Assembly: GCA_963817385.1 (NCBI GenBank)
Contig: CAWFOM010000031.1
Span: 32,001 to 96,000, forward strand
Direction: 5' to 3'
Source: an uncultured delta proteobacterium
GTDB lineage: Bacteria; Desulfobacterota; Syntrophia; Syntrophales; UBA5619
Length of the DNA: 64,000 nt
Part shown: piece after piece, positions 28,675-38,200 of the stretch
Numbering within the stretch: the first letter of the stretch is position 1
Layout of the letters: every line of letters starts with the position of its first letter
The notes under the pieces: model-generated
What the model saw: the letters and a program-made list of their open reading frames with translations, nothing else
What the model was told of the DNA's origin: nothing
The model's database searches: none
Position numbers and translations under genes: made by a program

Positions 28675-29811
28675 ATGGATATCCTGCTTTCCGCCGACCA
28701 GCGGAGATTCAAGGAAGAGTGCCGGATTTTTGCCGGGAAGGCGATTGCGCCTCTCGCAGAGAAGTTCGGGGAGACGGATGAGATACCCGGAGAACTGATT
28801 CGGACGATGGCCGACGCGCAGCTCTTTCGGCTCCTGGTGCCCGAGGAATCGGGGGGCAAGGGCGTGAAGTCGATGCCGATCTGTCTTGTCAGGGAACAAC
28901 TGGCCGGGGTTTTCTGTCCCGCCGATGTCACCTTTGCGATGCAGGGGCTGGGCAGTTACCCGATCGTCCTCGCGGGCAACGAGGAGCAGAAGGCGAGGTT
29001 TCTGACGAAGCTGGGTTCGGGTGAGATCCTGACGACTTACGCCCTTACCGAACCGGAAGCGGGAAGCGACGTGAGCTCCATAACGAGCCATGCGCAGGAG
29101 ACGGCCGGCGGATTTATTCTCAACGGTGTGAAGCGGTTTATCTCGAACGGAAACGCGGCCGATATTGCCGTGACGTTCGCGAAGACGCCGCACCCGGGAA
29201 ACGCCAAAGCACTCTCCGCCTTCGTTGTGGAAAAGCGGATGGAGGGATTCAGCGTGCATAAGCGGTTGAAGATGATCGCGCCCCACGACCTGGTGGAGCT
29301 GAAGTTCGAGGATTGCTTCGTGCCACGCGAAAACCTCCTGGGGAACGTGGGCGACGGGTTGAGAATTGCCCTGGGGACGCTCGATGTCTTCCGCGTCTCC
29401 GTGGGCGCCGCCGCTCTGGGTATCGCCCAGACGGCGTTCGACGCAGCCCTGGACTACGCGAAGAAGAGGGTGCAGTTCGGCCGTCCGATCGTCAGCTTCC
29501 AGGGGACCCAGTTCAAACTGGCCGATATGGCAACCGAGTTGGATGCAGCCCGGGGACTCGTCTACCGGGCAGCGCTTCTGCAGGACGCGAAGGGGGAACA
29601 CATCACTCGGGCAGCTTCCATGGCCAAGATGTACGCCACGGAAGCCGCCTTCCGCATCGTCGATCAAAGCCTTCAGATCCACGGAGGAATGGGCGTCATG
29701 GTGGGCACAACCATCGAGAGACTCTACCGCGAGATCAGGGCCCTTCGAATTTACGAAGGCACTACCGAGATCCAGAAGCTCGTCATCGCAAAGAGCCTGA
29801 CGGATCGCTAA
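28675..29811 (+). CDS. Acyl-CoA dehydrogenase
   Basis: ALTEPEAGSD, LNGVKRFISN, RVQFGRPI, QIHGGMG, IYEGTTEIQ; RBS GAGGTG before ATG 28675. Confidence 0.93.
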   Translation: MDILLSADQRRFKEECRIFAGKAIAPLAEKFGETDEIPGELIRTMADAQLFRLLVPEESGGKGVKSMPICLVREQLAGVFCPADVTFAMQGLGSYPIVLAGNEEQKARFLTKLGSGEILTTYALTEPEAGSDVSSITSHAQETAGGFILNGVKRFISNGNAADIAVTFAKTPHPGNAKALSAFVVEKRMEGFSVHKRLKMIAPHDLVELKFEDCFVPRENLLGNVGDGLRIALGTLDVFRVSVGAAALGIAQTAFDAALDYAKKRVQFGRPIVSFQGTQFKLADMATELDAARGLVYRAALLQDAKGEHITRAASMAKMYATEAAFRIVDQSLQIHGGMGVMVGTTIERLYREIRALRIYEGTTEIQKLVIAKSLTDR

Positions 29812-29824
29812 TCAAGGAGGAACG

Positions 29825-30622
29825 ATGCAGCAGTTTCTGAAGGACCTGCTTACCAAGGCAAGGGTTTTCGACCTCGGGATGCCGTACTTTACCGGCATGC
29901 CGCACCATCCGAACCAGCCGCCCTTTGCTTACACCCTGACCAAGAAACACGGCGACATTACCCTTACGGAAGAGAAGGTGAGCTTCTGCAACGACCTCTT
30001 CGTCATGGGGGGGCATACGGGGACGCACCTGGATGCCAAAGCTCATGTGGCGTGCCGCTCCATCGTCTGCGACAATGTCGACATCACGGACCTCCAGGGC
30101 TATCAGGACGGTCTTCACGTCATGGGCATCGACACGACGCCGCCCATCGTGAGAAGGGGGGTGCTCCTTGACATCCCCCGTTTAGTCGGCCTTGAAGTGC
30201 TGCCGTACGACTTCGGCATCGGAAAGGACGAGATAGAGCGCGCCGCCGAGGCCACAGGCGTGGAGATCGCCGAGGGCGATGTGGTCCTCGTGAGAACGGG
30301 ATGGATCACGTACTGGAACGACCGGCAGAAATACGTCTCCATCGAGAAGGGGACGCCGGGTGTGATCGAGAGCGGCGCACGCTATCTTGCGGAGAAGAAG
30401 ATTGCCTTTACCGGTTCCGATACGGCAGCCTACGACAGGGTTCCCCCCCACCATCTGCCGTGCCATGTGATCCTTCTGGTACAGAACGGAATTCAGATCA
30501 TGGAAATGCTCAATCTCGAAGAGCTGGCCCGGGAAGGGGTTTTTACTTTCCTCTTCATCGCCCTTCCTCTGAAAATAAAGGGAGGGGCAGGGTCCCCCAT
30601 AAGGCCGATCGCCATCGTATAA
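29825..30622 (+). CDS. Cyclase-family metal-dependent hydrolase (kynurenine formamidase-like)
   Basis: HTGTHLDA..H, GDVVLVRTGW, EMLNLEEL, PLKIKGGAGSPIRPIA. Confidence 0.9.
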   Translation: MQQFLKDLLTKARVFDLGMPYFTGMPHHPNQPPFAYTLTKKHGDITLTEEKVSFCNDLFVMGGHTGTHLDAKAHVACRSIVCDNVDITDLQGYQDGLHVMGIDTTPPIVRRGVLLDIPRLVGLEVLPYDFGIGKDEIERAAEATGVEIAEGDVVLVRTGWITYWNDRQKYVSIEKGTPGVIESGARYLAEKKIAFTGSDTAAYDRVPPHHLPCHVILLVQNGIQIMEMLNLEELAREGVFTFLFIALPLKIKGGAGSPIRPIAIV

Positions 30623-30686
30623 GTTTGGATGCTTGTTCTGAATAATTATGGTATGGATACCGATATCAATCACAGGAGGTGTTAGG

Positions 30687-31688
30687 ATGAAATTCGCAAC
30701 GCGCCAATGGTTGAGGATGGGAATGGGGACGGTCGGTGGAGTGAGCTTCTTCCTCCTGGTCTACATGCTTGCTGTGCCGGGCTTTGCCCCGGCTCAGGAA
30801 AAGTATCCCTCCAAACCGATCAATTTCGTTATCGGCTATCCCGCGGGGGGGACTACGGATATCTGCGCCCGGCCGCTCGTAAGCGCCGCCTCCAAGATAC
30901 TGGGGCAGCCGGTCGTGGTGGTCAACAAGCCGGGGGGCGGTTCGGCGGTCGCCGTCGCCCTCCTGAAGACCGAGAAGCCCGACGGGTATACGATCGGCAT
31001 TCTGCCCAGCGGCGCGGTCCTGAGCCAGCACATGCGTAAAGTCCCCTACGACTCGGCCCAGGATTTCACCCCGATCATGCAGTACGCCGTCTACCTCTAC
31101 GGGCTGGTCGTGCAGTCGGATTCACCCTGGAAGACCCTCAAGGAGTTCATCGACTACGCCAAGGCCAACCCGGGGAAGATCCGCTATGCCACGGCCGGAC
31201 CAGGGACGCCGCAGCATCTGGTCATGGAGCGATTGGCGATCCAGGAAAAGATCAAATGGACCCACGTTCCCTTCGATGGCGGAAACCCGGCGGTCTCGGC
31301 CCTGTTGGGGGGCCACGTAGAGGCGATCTCCCAGACCACGGAATGGAAAAAACATGTGGAGTCGGGGCGGCTGCGGCTCTTGGCGGTCTACGGAGAAACA
31401 CGGATGACCGATTTCCCCAATGCGCCGACCCTGCTTGAGATGGGCTATAAGATCACCGCCCCCAGCCTGATCTCCATCATCGGCCCCAAGGGGCTCCCCC
31501 CCCAGGTTGTCGACACGCTGCACGGGGCCTTCAAAAAGGCGATGGACGATCCTGATTTCATCAAAATAGGCAATCAGACGGATCAACCCCTCCTCTACCG
31601 GGGTCCCCAGGACCTGGAGAAGCACCTGGTCCAGATGAACCAAGAGGTCGGAGCGTTGATCCAAAGCCTGGGTCTGCGGAAAGAGTAA
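30687..31688 (+). CDS. tctC: TctC/Bug substrate-binding protein (set 3)
   Basis: YPSKPINFVIGYPAGG, PDGYTI, LLGGHVE; RBS AGGAGG. Confidence 0.92.
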   Translation: MKFATRQWLRMGMGTVGGVSFFLLVYMLAVPGFAPAQEKYPSKPINFVIGYPAGGTTDICARPLVSAASKILGQPVVVVNKPGGGSAVAVALLKTEKPDGYTIGILPSGAVLSQHMRKVPYDSAQDFTPIMQYAVYLYGLVVQSDSPWKTLKEFIDYAKANPGKIRYATAGPGTPQHLVMERLAIQEKIKWTHVPFDGGNPAVSALLGGHVEAISQTTEWKKHVESGRLRLLAVYGETRMTDFPNAPTLLEMGYKITAPSLISIIGPKGLPPQVVDTLHGAFKKAMDDPDFIKIGNQTDQPLLYRGPQDLEKHLVQMNQEVGALIQSLGLRKE

Positions 31689-31701
31689 CGGTCCGGATTC
31701 C

Positions 31702-32166
31702 ATGGCCAAGTTCAACAACGACCAGGTCAGCGGGGCGATCTGGATTGTCGTCGGCATCGCGGTCGCCCTCGGCTCCCTGCGCTACGGCCTCGGGCCGCTC
31801 GAATCCCCCGGTACGGGCTTTTTACCATTCCTGGCCGGTTGCGCCATCGCTTTGCTGGCGTTGATCGGACTGGTCCAATCGACCCTCAAGCGACGCAAGG
31901 GGGCCGGGTGGACGCCGATCTTGCGGGGAGTTCGCTGGCAAAAACCGCTTCTCGTCATGGCGGCCCTTCTTGCCTATGCCCTCCTGATGAAGCCCTTGGG
32001 CTTCCTCCTGTGCACGGCCATCTTCATCGGTTTTCTGCTGAGGACCGTGGAGCCGCAGCGCTGGCCCGTGGTAATTGTCGGGGCCGTCGCGACGACCCTC
32101 GCGACGTTCGCCATTTTCGATCTCTGGCTGAAGACGCAGCTTCCCCAGGGCCCCTGGGGCTTTTAA
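31702..32166 (+). CDS. tctB: TctB (set 3)
   Basis: PGTGFLP motif, four TM segments, WLKTQLPQG. Confidence 0.88.
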   Translation: MAKFNNDQVSGAIWIVVGIAVALGSLRYGLGPLESPGTGFLPFLAGCAIALLALIGLVQSTLKRRKGAGWTPILRGVRWQKPLLVMAALLAYALLMKPLGFLLCTAIFIGFLLRTVEPQRWPVVIVGAVATTLATFAIFDLWLKTQLPQGPWGF

Positions 32167-32175
32167 GGAGCGGCC

Positions 32176-33687
32176 ATGGATTATCTTCAAAGCATCATCC
32201 TGGGCTTCCAGGTCGCCCTGCAGTGGAACAACCTCCTGTTCTGCTTTATCGGGGTCTTGATCGGCACCCTGGTCGGAGTGCTGCCGGGACTGGGGCCGGT
32301 GGCGGCCATCTCGCTGCTTCTGCCCACGACCTTCCACGTGACCCCTGTCTCCGCGATTATCATGCTCGCCGGAATTTACTACGGGGCGATGTACGGCGGC
32401 TCCACCACCTCCATCCTGGTAAATATCCCCGGGGAAGCAGCATCGGTTGTCACCTGCCTGGACGGCTACCAGATGGCCCGGAAGGGAAGGGCCGGGCCGG
32501 CGCTCGGTATCTCGGCCTTCGCTTCTTTCATTGCCGGCACGATGGGGGTCGTCGGGTTGATGCTGATCGCCCCGCCGCTCGCCGAGATGGCCTTGAAGTT
32601 CGGGCCGCCGGAATATTTCGCCCTGATGATCATGGGTCTGACGATCCTCACGTTCCTGGCCAGCGGCCCGATGTGGAAGGCCCTGCTGATGGCCGCTTTC
32701 GGCCTTTTTCTGGGCTCCATCGGGTTGGACTCCATGACCGCGTCGGCGCGCTTTACGATGAATATCGTCGAGCTCTCCGACGGCGTCGGCATGGTCCCCG
32801 CGGTCATGGGCCTTTTCGGCATCGCCGAGGTCCTGCTCAACGTGGAGCAATCGATCAAGCGGACGGTCTTTGAAACCAAGATCCAGCATCTGCTGCCCAC
32901 CTTACAGGACTGGAAGGATTCGATCTGGGCGATCTTCCGCGGGACGGTTATCGGCTTTTTTCTCGGGGTCCTGCCGGGCGGGGGGGCCGTCATCTCCTCC
33001 TTCGTCTCCTATGCCGTGGAGAAGAAGGTCTCCAAGTCCCCGGAGAAGTTCGGCACCGGCATGATCCAGGGCGTGGCCGGCCCGGAGGCCGCCAACAACG
33101 CCGCCACGGGGGGCGCATTCATCCCGCTGCTCACGCTCGGGATTCCGGCCAACTCGGTGATGGCCATCCTGCTGGGGGCGATGATGGTCCACGGTATGCA
33201 GCCGGGGCCGATGCTGGTCCAGGAGCAACCGGGCCTCTTCTGGGGGGCGGTGACCTCCATGTACATCGGCAACGTCATGCTCCTGATCCTGAACCTGCCG
33301 CTGATCGGGCTGTGGGTCCGGATACTCAAAGTCCCGTACCCGATCCTTTTTCCGCTGATCCTGCTCTTCTGCCTGATCGGCGCCTACAGTCTCAACAACA
33401 GCGTCATTGAAGTCCTGATCATGGTCGGCTTCGGGCTCCTGGGGTATCTCTTCAAGAAATTCGAATACGAGGCGGCGCCTCTGATTTTGGCATTGGTCCT
33501 GGGGCCCATGCTGGAGGCCGCCCTCCGCCGCTCCCTCCTGCTCTCGGCGGGAAGCCCCCTGATTTTCATCACCCGCCCGATTTCCGGTGTTCTGATGCTG
33601 ATCTCATTCATCCTCTTGGCCTATCCGCTGGTGCCCTGGCTGCGCCGGAAGCGGGCCATCCTCCCCCAGGTAGGCGATGAGGACTGA
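32176..33687 (+). CDS. tctA: TctA (set 3)
   Basis: GVLPGLG, YYGAMYGGS, GPEAANNA motifs. Confidence 0.95.
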   Translation: MDYLQSIILGFQVALQWNNLLFCFIGVLIGTLVGVLPGLGPVAAISLLLPTTFHVTPVSAIIMLAGIYYGAMYGGSTTSILVNIPGEAASVVTCLDGYQMARKGRAGPALGISAFASFIAGTMGVVGLMLIAPPLAEMALKFGPPEYFALMIMGLTILTFLASGPMWKALLMAAFGLFLGSIGLDSMTASARFTMNIVELSDGVGMVPAVMGLFGIAEVLLNVEQSIKRTVFETKIQHLLPTLQDWKDSIWAIFRGTVIGFFLGVLPGGGAVISSFVSYAVEKKVSKSPEKFGTGMIQGVAGPEAANNAATGGAFIPLLTLGIPANSVMAILLGAMMVHGMQPGPMLVQEQPGLFWGAVTSMYIGNVMLLILNLPLIGLWVRILKVPYPILFPLILLFCLIGAYSLNNSVIEVLIMVGFGLLGYLFKKFEYEAAPLILALVLGPMLEAALRRSLLLSAGSPLIFITRPISGVLMLISFILLAYPLVPWLRRKRAILPQVGDED

Positions 33688-33718
33688 TTCGAATGAAATA
33701 AGCGGGGGGAATGAAACC

Positions 33719-34843
33719 ATGTCCTTGTATGTCGATCACTTAATGAAACAGCAGGACGCCATGATCGCGATGTTGCGCGACATGGTGGAGATGGAGACCC
33801 CATCGAACGACAAACAGGCGGTGCATCGGTTGGCGCAGTATATGGCGGGTCGGTTCGCCCAAATCGGCGCCGATGTCGAATTTTTACCGCCGAACGCCGG
33901 CGACCATCTGCGGGCCTCCTGGGGCGGCGGCGATGAGCAGGTCCTGGTCCTGTGCCATCTGGATACCGTCTGGCCGGTAGGGGAACTTGCCAGGCGCCCT
34001 TTCCGCATAGAGGACGACAGGGCTTACGGGCCGGGCGTCTATGACATGAAAGGGGGGACAGTCCAGGCCTTTTTTGCACTGAAAGCGATCATCGAACTCA
34101 ACGTCCGGCCGGCCCACAAAATAGTATTCCTGTGCACTCCCGATGAGGAATCCGGCAGTATGAGTTCGCGGGCGCTGATCGAGGAGGAAGCTCTGCGCAG
34201 CCGCTTCGTCCTCGTTCCGGAACCGGCGTCCGGGGCCGCCGGCGCCGTAAAACTGACCCGAAAGGGCTGGGGCATCTATCATCTGATGGTGACCGGTCGG
34301 ACGGCCCACGCCGGCAACGACCACGAAAAAGGCATCAGCGCGGTCACCGAACTCGCCCACCAGATTCTGAAACTGCAGGCGCTGACAAATTATTCCGCCG
34401 GGACCACCGTCAACGTCGGGGTTATCACCGGCGGCATTGTCGTCAATATGGTGCCGGACAAAGCCGAAGCCCGGATCGACCTCAGGGCTGCCAGTCATGA
34501 CGAACTGCGGAGGACCGAACAGGCGATACTGGGTCTTACTCCGGTGACACCGGGTGCGATCCTCCAAGTGACCGGCGGGATCAACCGTCCACCGCTGGAA
34601 GCGACGGAAGGAAATCTGCAATTGTACCGCAGGGCCCAACAGATCGCGGGCGACCTTGGAATAGAACTTCCCGGGGCTCATGTCGGTGGTGTAAGCGACG
34701 GCAATTTCACATCGTCGGTCGGTGTGGCTACCCTGGACGGTATCGGCGCAGTGGGAGACGGGGCGCATGCCGTGCACGAATACCTCGAACTGAAGTCGAT
34801 GGCGCCGCGGGCGGCGCTGGTCGCTCGTCTGCTGACGGAATGA
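33719..34843 (+). CDS. M20 metallopeptidase (glutamate carboxypeptidase-like)
   Basis: HLDTVW, GPGVYDMKGG, DEESGS, AHAG, GGVSDGN, GAHAVHE. Confidence 0.92.
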   Translation: MSLYVDHLMKQQDAMIAMLRDMVEMETPSNDKQAVHRLAQYMAGRFAQIGADVEFLPPNAGDHLRASWGGGDEQVLVLCHLDTVWPVGELARRPFRIEDDRAYGPGVYDMKGGTVQAFFALKAIIELNVRPAHKIVFLCTPDEESGSMSSRALIEEEALRSRFVLVPEPASGAAGAVKLTRKGWGIYHLMVTGRTAHAGNDHEKGISAVTELAHQILKLQALTNYSAGTTVNVGVITGGIVVNMVPDKAEARIDLRAASHDELRRTEQAILGLTPVTPGAILQVTGGINRPPLEATEGNLQLYRRAQQIAGDLGIELPGAHVGGVSDGNFTSSVGVATLDGIGAVGDGAHAVHEYLELKSMAPRAALVARLLTE

Positions 34844-34884
34844 GGGACGCCGGCGGTTGCGCCGAACACCCCGCGGCTCCCCCG

Positions 34885-34916
34885 CGGCGCAGCGATATCA
34901 CCGACTGACGGTTTGC
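34885..34916 (+). repeat. 32-bp direct repeat, right copy
   Basis: Identical to 26040-26071; here intergenic. Confidence 0.92.
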
Positions 34917-35126
34917 ATCGGATCGGATTCGGTTTGACCGGGAGCGCAACCCGCAGGCCCCGCCTTGTAGACGGAGATAAAGGTCGCAATAAAAAAATAT
35001 CGTTTCATCCGGTTGGCGCCTTCTTTCATGATCAAGGATGAGATCAAAGCCCAATAGCATGCAACGTCACTACAAGTTAGTGAAAATGCAAATCATAATA
35101 ACTAATTAGTACTGTTTGAAATGCGC

Positions 35127-35161
35127 AAAAAAATGGCAGGCCCATTGCTGAACCTGCCATT
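35127..35161 (-). terminator. Rho-independent terminator after the DUF3303 gene
   Basis: AATGGCAGG/CCTGCCATT stem followed by a T-run on the minus strand. Confidence 0.65.
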
Positions 35162-35194
35162 AAAGAAGAAACGTAAAACTCGATTTATTATTTT

Positions 35195-35470
35195 TTACTC
35201 TTTGCCTTTTTCCGCCGGGAATAATTCTGCCGTATCAAGTATTGGAACAACCTGCTCGCTCATGAGATCGCTCCATCCCATGACGGATGTCATGATGGCT
35301 TTGGGATCATTTGCCTCACAGATCATGAAACCTCTGCCGCCGCCAACATCAAGCCATTCGTGGACCTTTTTCACTCCCTCAGCGAGAGCGGGGCCTTTTT
35401 TTTCCATACGTCTTTTAATCAGCGCATCTCTCTGCTCAGGTTTCCATGTGTAAATATTCATGAAAAGCAT
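35195..35470 (-). CDS. DUF3303-family small protein
   Basis: MLFM..YTW.P, GVK...W...GGGRGF...E..D, W.DL....VVP pattern; RBS AGGAGG. Confidence 0.75.
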   Translation of the reverse strand: MLFMNIYTWKPEQRDALIKRRMEKKGPALAEGVKKVHEWLDVGGGRGFMICEANDPKAIMTSVMGWSDLMSEQVVPILDTAELFPAEKGKE

Positions 35471-35680
35471 ATGTGACCTCCTTTTTTAATCAATCTTGCA
35501 GACATATGAAAAGCGATAATACCCTTTCCTGGATGATTTGATTCCCCAAGCCGCGCTTGGCGTGGTCAGGACACGGGTAAATTAACCCCCCGGAAGAATC
35601 GAGTTCTTCCCGAATTCTTATGACGCATGGCGATCCTCGTACCGGCGGGTGCGTTCTCTAACGCTTTTATCAAATCATCG

Positions 35681-36061
35681 TCAGGCTTCGGCTGGCCGAT
35701 TGACGTAGAAGTAGATCCACGCCACGGCAAAAACCACCCAAATGAGTACGCTGACCCACCCAAACACTGGGGCACCGCGGAAGAGCAATCCCCACAATCC
35801 CCCGACGGTGCTCAGCACAGTCAAGGCGATCTCCATCAGGACGAGGATCCGGACTTCTTCCCACCGCACCCCGTGGTACCCGAACCACGAACTCACGGCC
35901 AATGCCAACAAGGCCGCTCCATAGACTCGGGTCATGTTCGCGTCGTACGGGGCCCAGTCGACCATTTTAGCCCACAGCCCCGGCTGCAGATACAGCAAAA
36001 GACCGAAGACGAGCGCGACAATGGCATGAATGAGAAACGTGATCTTCAGGCCTCTCGACAT
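35681..36061 (-). CDS. Small four-TM hypothetical membrane protein
   Basis: RBS GGAGG; four hydrophobic helices. Confidence 0.75.
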   Translation of the reverse strand: MSRGLKITFLIHAIVALVFGLLLYLQPGLWAKMVDWAPYDANMTRVYGAALLALAVSSWFGYHGVRWEEVRILVLMEIALTVLSTVGGLWGLLFRGAPVFGWVSVLIWVVFAVAWIYFYVNRPAEA

Positions 36062-36104
36062 TTGACACCTCCCTCATTTGCAGGTTGGCTTTATTGAAAT
36101 CAAA

Positions 36105-36195
36105 GACAAAAGCCTCCGAGGAGTTTGAGTAACTTCCACGGAGGCTTCATATCGGCACCTTCCGATAAATCCTTTTCACGGCGGACGCCAGAAGG
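36105..36195 (-). promoter_or_regulatory. Candidate attenuator-type leader RNA
   Basis: Hairpin TATCGG-AAGGTG-CCGATA, then terminator AAGCCTCCG/CGGAGGCTT with a T-rich tail about 45 nt upstream of the start codon. Confidence 0.5.
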
Positions 36196-36932
36196 TTAAG
36201 GGGAAGGTTGATGGGTTTACTGAGCGATAAGAGAAACTATCTGTAATCAATGCTCTTATGCGAATGGAAAGTCAAGGGGATAATTGCCCCGTTTTCATCA
36301 TCGATTACTATTCGAAAGGGTGGGACTTCGTCAGAATTGTCGTATGCTTTGTTACAGTCGATAATGATCAAGATTCGATGAGAAAAGAATTTTGTATCAG
36401 GATGATATGCGTCATATGTAACCCCAAAGACCTCTCTGTTACAATCGATTATACTGAATGATTTTATTTCCCATGCAGGACGTCCATCCACCGGATTGCC
36501 AACGCACAGATTGATTTTCTTGTTTTCATAATGTCCCTTGGATGAATAAGGTTTCCCTTTTGTGGAAGTGAAAAAGGAAGACTTCCCCCTCCCCCAGTGT
36601 GAATGCCTTTAAAAATAGCCCCGTCTTTGCACTAGTGCTGTACGCGCTTACGTGCAAATCGACCTATCTTTTTTGGGAAGACATAAGTGTATAAAGCATA
36701 TCGGATGAGCCCCGGGAAAATTCGAGATTTAACCGTAAGAATTACGGGTATTTTTTTGCAGAGGGAGCCGACCATGGTTTGCGGTACATCACCAAATCAA
36801 TCTAATATCTTGGAATCATGAGTATCGTGGATAATATTCCTCTATGTGGCACAATGGTACGGCTATTGCTCAAGGGATGATATATTAAGCCCAGAGGATA
36901 GCAAGCCGAGGCACTCGGCGGCCTACTTATCT

Positions 36933-37589
36933 ATGAACAGAAAACCCACCTATAAGGAACTTAAGCAAAAAATCAGAGAGCTCGAAGAACAATTAATTAT
37001 ACACAGTCGCGCAGAGCAGGCATTGAGGGAGAGCGAAAATAGATACCGTGATCTCAGTATTATTGATGATCTCACCCAGCTCTATAATTGTCGACATTTT
37101 TATCATCAGCTTAAAATGGAGATCGAGCGCGTTGACCGGTACGGACAGCCCTTGACCATGCTGCTTCTCGATCTTGACGATTTCAAACGATTTAACGATG
37201 TCTACGGTCACATCGAGGGAGATCAGGTCTTATCACGGCTCGGCCAAGTGATCAAACAATGCCTGCGCCAGTCAGATTCTGCCTATCGCTACGGAGGAGA
37301 AGAGTTCACCATCCTCCTGCCAATGACGACGGACATGGATGGCACTGTTATAGCGGAAAGGATTCGGACGCAGTTCAAGAAGGAACATTTCTTCCCAAAA
37401 CCTCGCCACGACGCCCACATGACAGTGAGCATCGGCCTTGCGCAATACGAGCCAGGGGAAGACATGAAGGTCTATGTTCATAGAGTTGACCAGCTTATGT
37501 ATGAGGCTAAGGAGAAGGGAAAAAACATGATTTGTTGGCCAGGGCGCCCAACTTTTTATCAACAGCAAGTTCTATTTTCACTTCAGTAG
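36933..37589 (+). CDS. Diguanylate cyclase (GGEEF) without a sensor domain
   Basis: DDLTQLYN, DLDDFKRFNDVYGH, RxxD I-site (RQSD), RYGGEEF, TVSIG. Confidence 0.9.
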   Translation: MNRKPTYKELKQKIRELEEQLIIHSRAEQALRESENRYRDLSIIDDLTQLYNCRHFYHQLKMEIERVDRYGQPLTMLLLDLDDFKRFNDVYGHIEGDQVLSRLGQVIKQCLRQSDSAYRYGGEEFTILLPMTTDMDGTVIAERIRTQFKKEHFFPKPRHDAHMTVSIGLAQYEPGEDMKVYVHRVDQLMYEAKEKGKNMICWPGRPTFYQQQVLFSLQ

Positions 37590-37607
37590 AAGGATCTCAA
37601 GATATTG

Positions 37608-38063
37608 CTAAGGGGCAATCGTTATGCTGACTTCGTTCGAATACACGCTTTCGTTACTGACTGCGTTATATGCGGTAACGGCAAAATAATATGTCTGTCT
37701 GCCAATGAGGTTGCTAATTGTATAGCTCGTTGCATTACCGACGTCTATGGCGTGTAAATAGGTACCGGAGGCCGTTCCGTAGTGTATCATGTAGCCGGCA
37801 ACGTCAGTGGAAATATCCGGTGGATCCCATGCCAGTTTTGCTTGGCCAATGGGGGAGTTGGTGGTCGGTGTTGAAGCTACTCCGTCGGAGGAGTTCGTAG
37901 TTGGTGTTGAAGCCCCTCCGTCAGGGGTGTTTGTGGCCGGTGTTGAAGCCCCCCCACCACAGGAAGACACCATCGTGCTGATGGCAAAAACCGCTATTAT
38001 GATGACATAACGGCGTAAAGAGTTTCTGAAGTCCGCCTTCATGTTGCCGATCATTAACAGCAA
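37608..38063 (-). CDS. Lipoprotein with Ser/Thr-rich repeats and a fibronectin type III domain
   Basis: Lipobox-like MVSSC; LAWDP...VAGY.IHYGT.SG.Y...YYFAVTAYN...ES.YSNE; start uncertain. Confidence 0.8.
   Translation of the reverse strand: MLLMIGNMKADFRNSLRRYVIIIAVFAISTMVSSCGGGASTPATNTPDGGASTPTTNSSDGVASTPTTNSPIGQAKLAWDPPDISTDVAGYMIHYGTASGTYLHAIDVGNATSYTISNLIGRQTYYFAVTAYNAVSNESVYSNEVSITIAP
37851..37958. repeat. Three 36-bp coding tandem repeats (12-aa DG[G/V]ASTPxTNxx units)
   Basis: GGTGTTGAAGC recurs at 37867, 37903 and 37939. Confidence 0.8.
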
Positions 38064-38184
38064 CGTATCAAATTCATGCGAATGAAAATTGTTCTTATCA
38101 TCTTTGTGACCTGTCTAACTCCTTTTTGGGGTTATTGATTTCTTCCTTTTTGTACGCCTATACTGGTACATGCTTCTATACACG

Positions 38185-38200
38185 AGCATAGAACGTGCCA
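38185..38200 (-). promoter_or_regulatory. Sigma-54 type promoter upstream of the FN3 lipoprotein gene
   Basis: TGGCACGTTCTATGCT on the minus strand fits TGGCAC-N5-TTGC spacing with one mismatch. Confidence 0.6.

Noticed and set aside
36237..36491. 84-aa AT-rich minus-strand ORF
   Set aside because: No clear RBS or family motif; possibly a remnant, but not supportable
37851..37958. Regularly spaced repeats as a possible CRISPR array
   Set aside because: In-frame coding repeats without unique spacers; no cas genes
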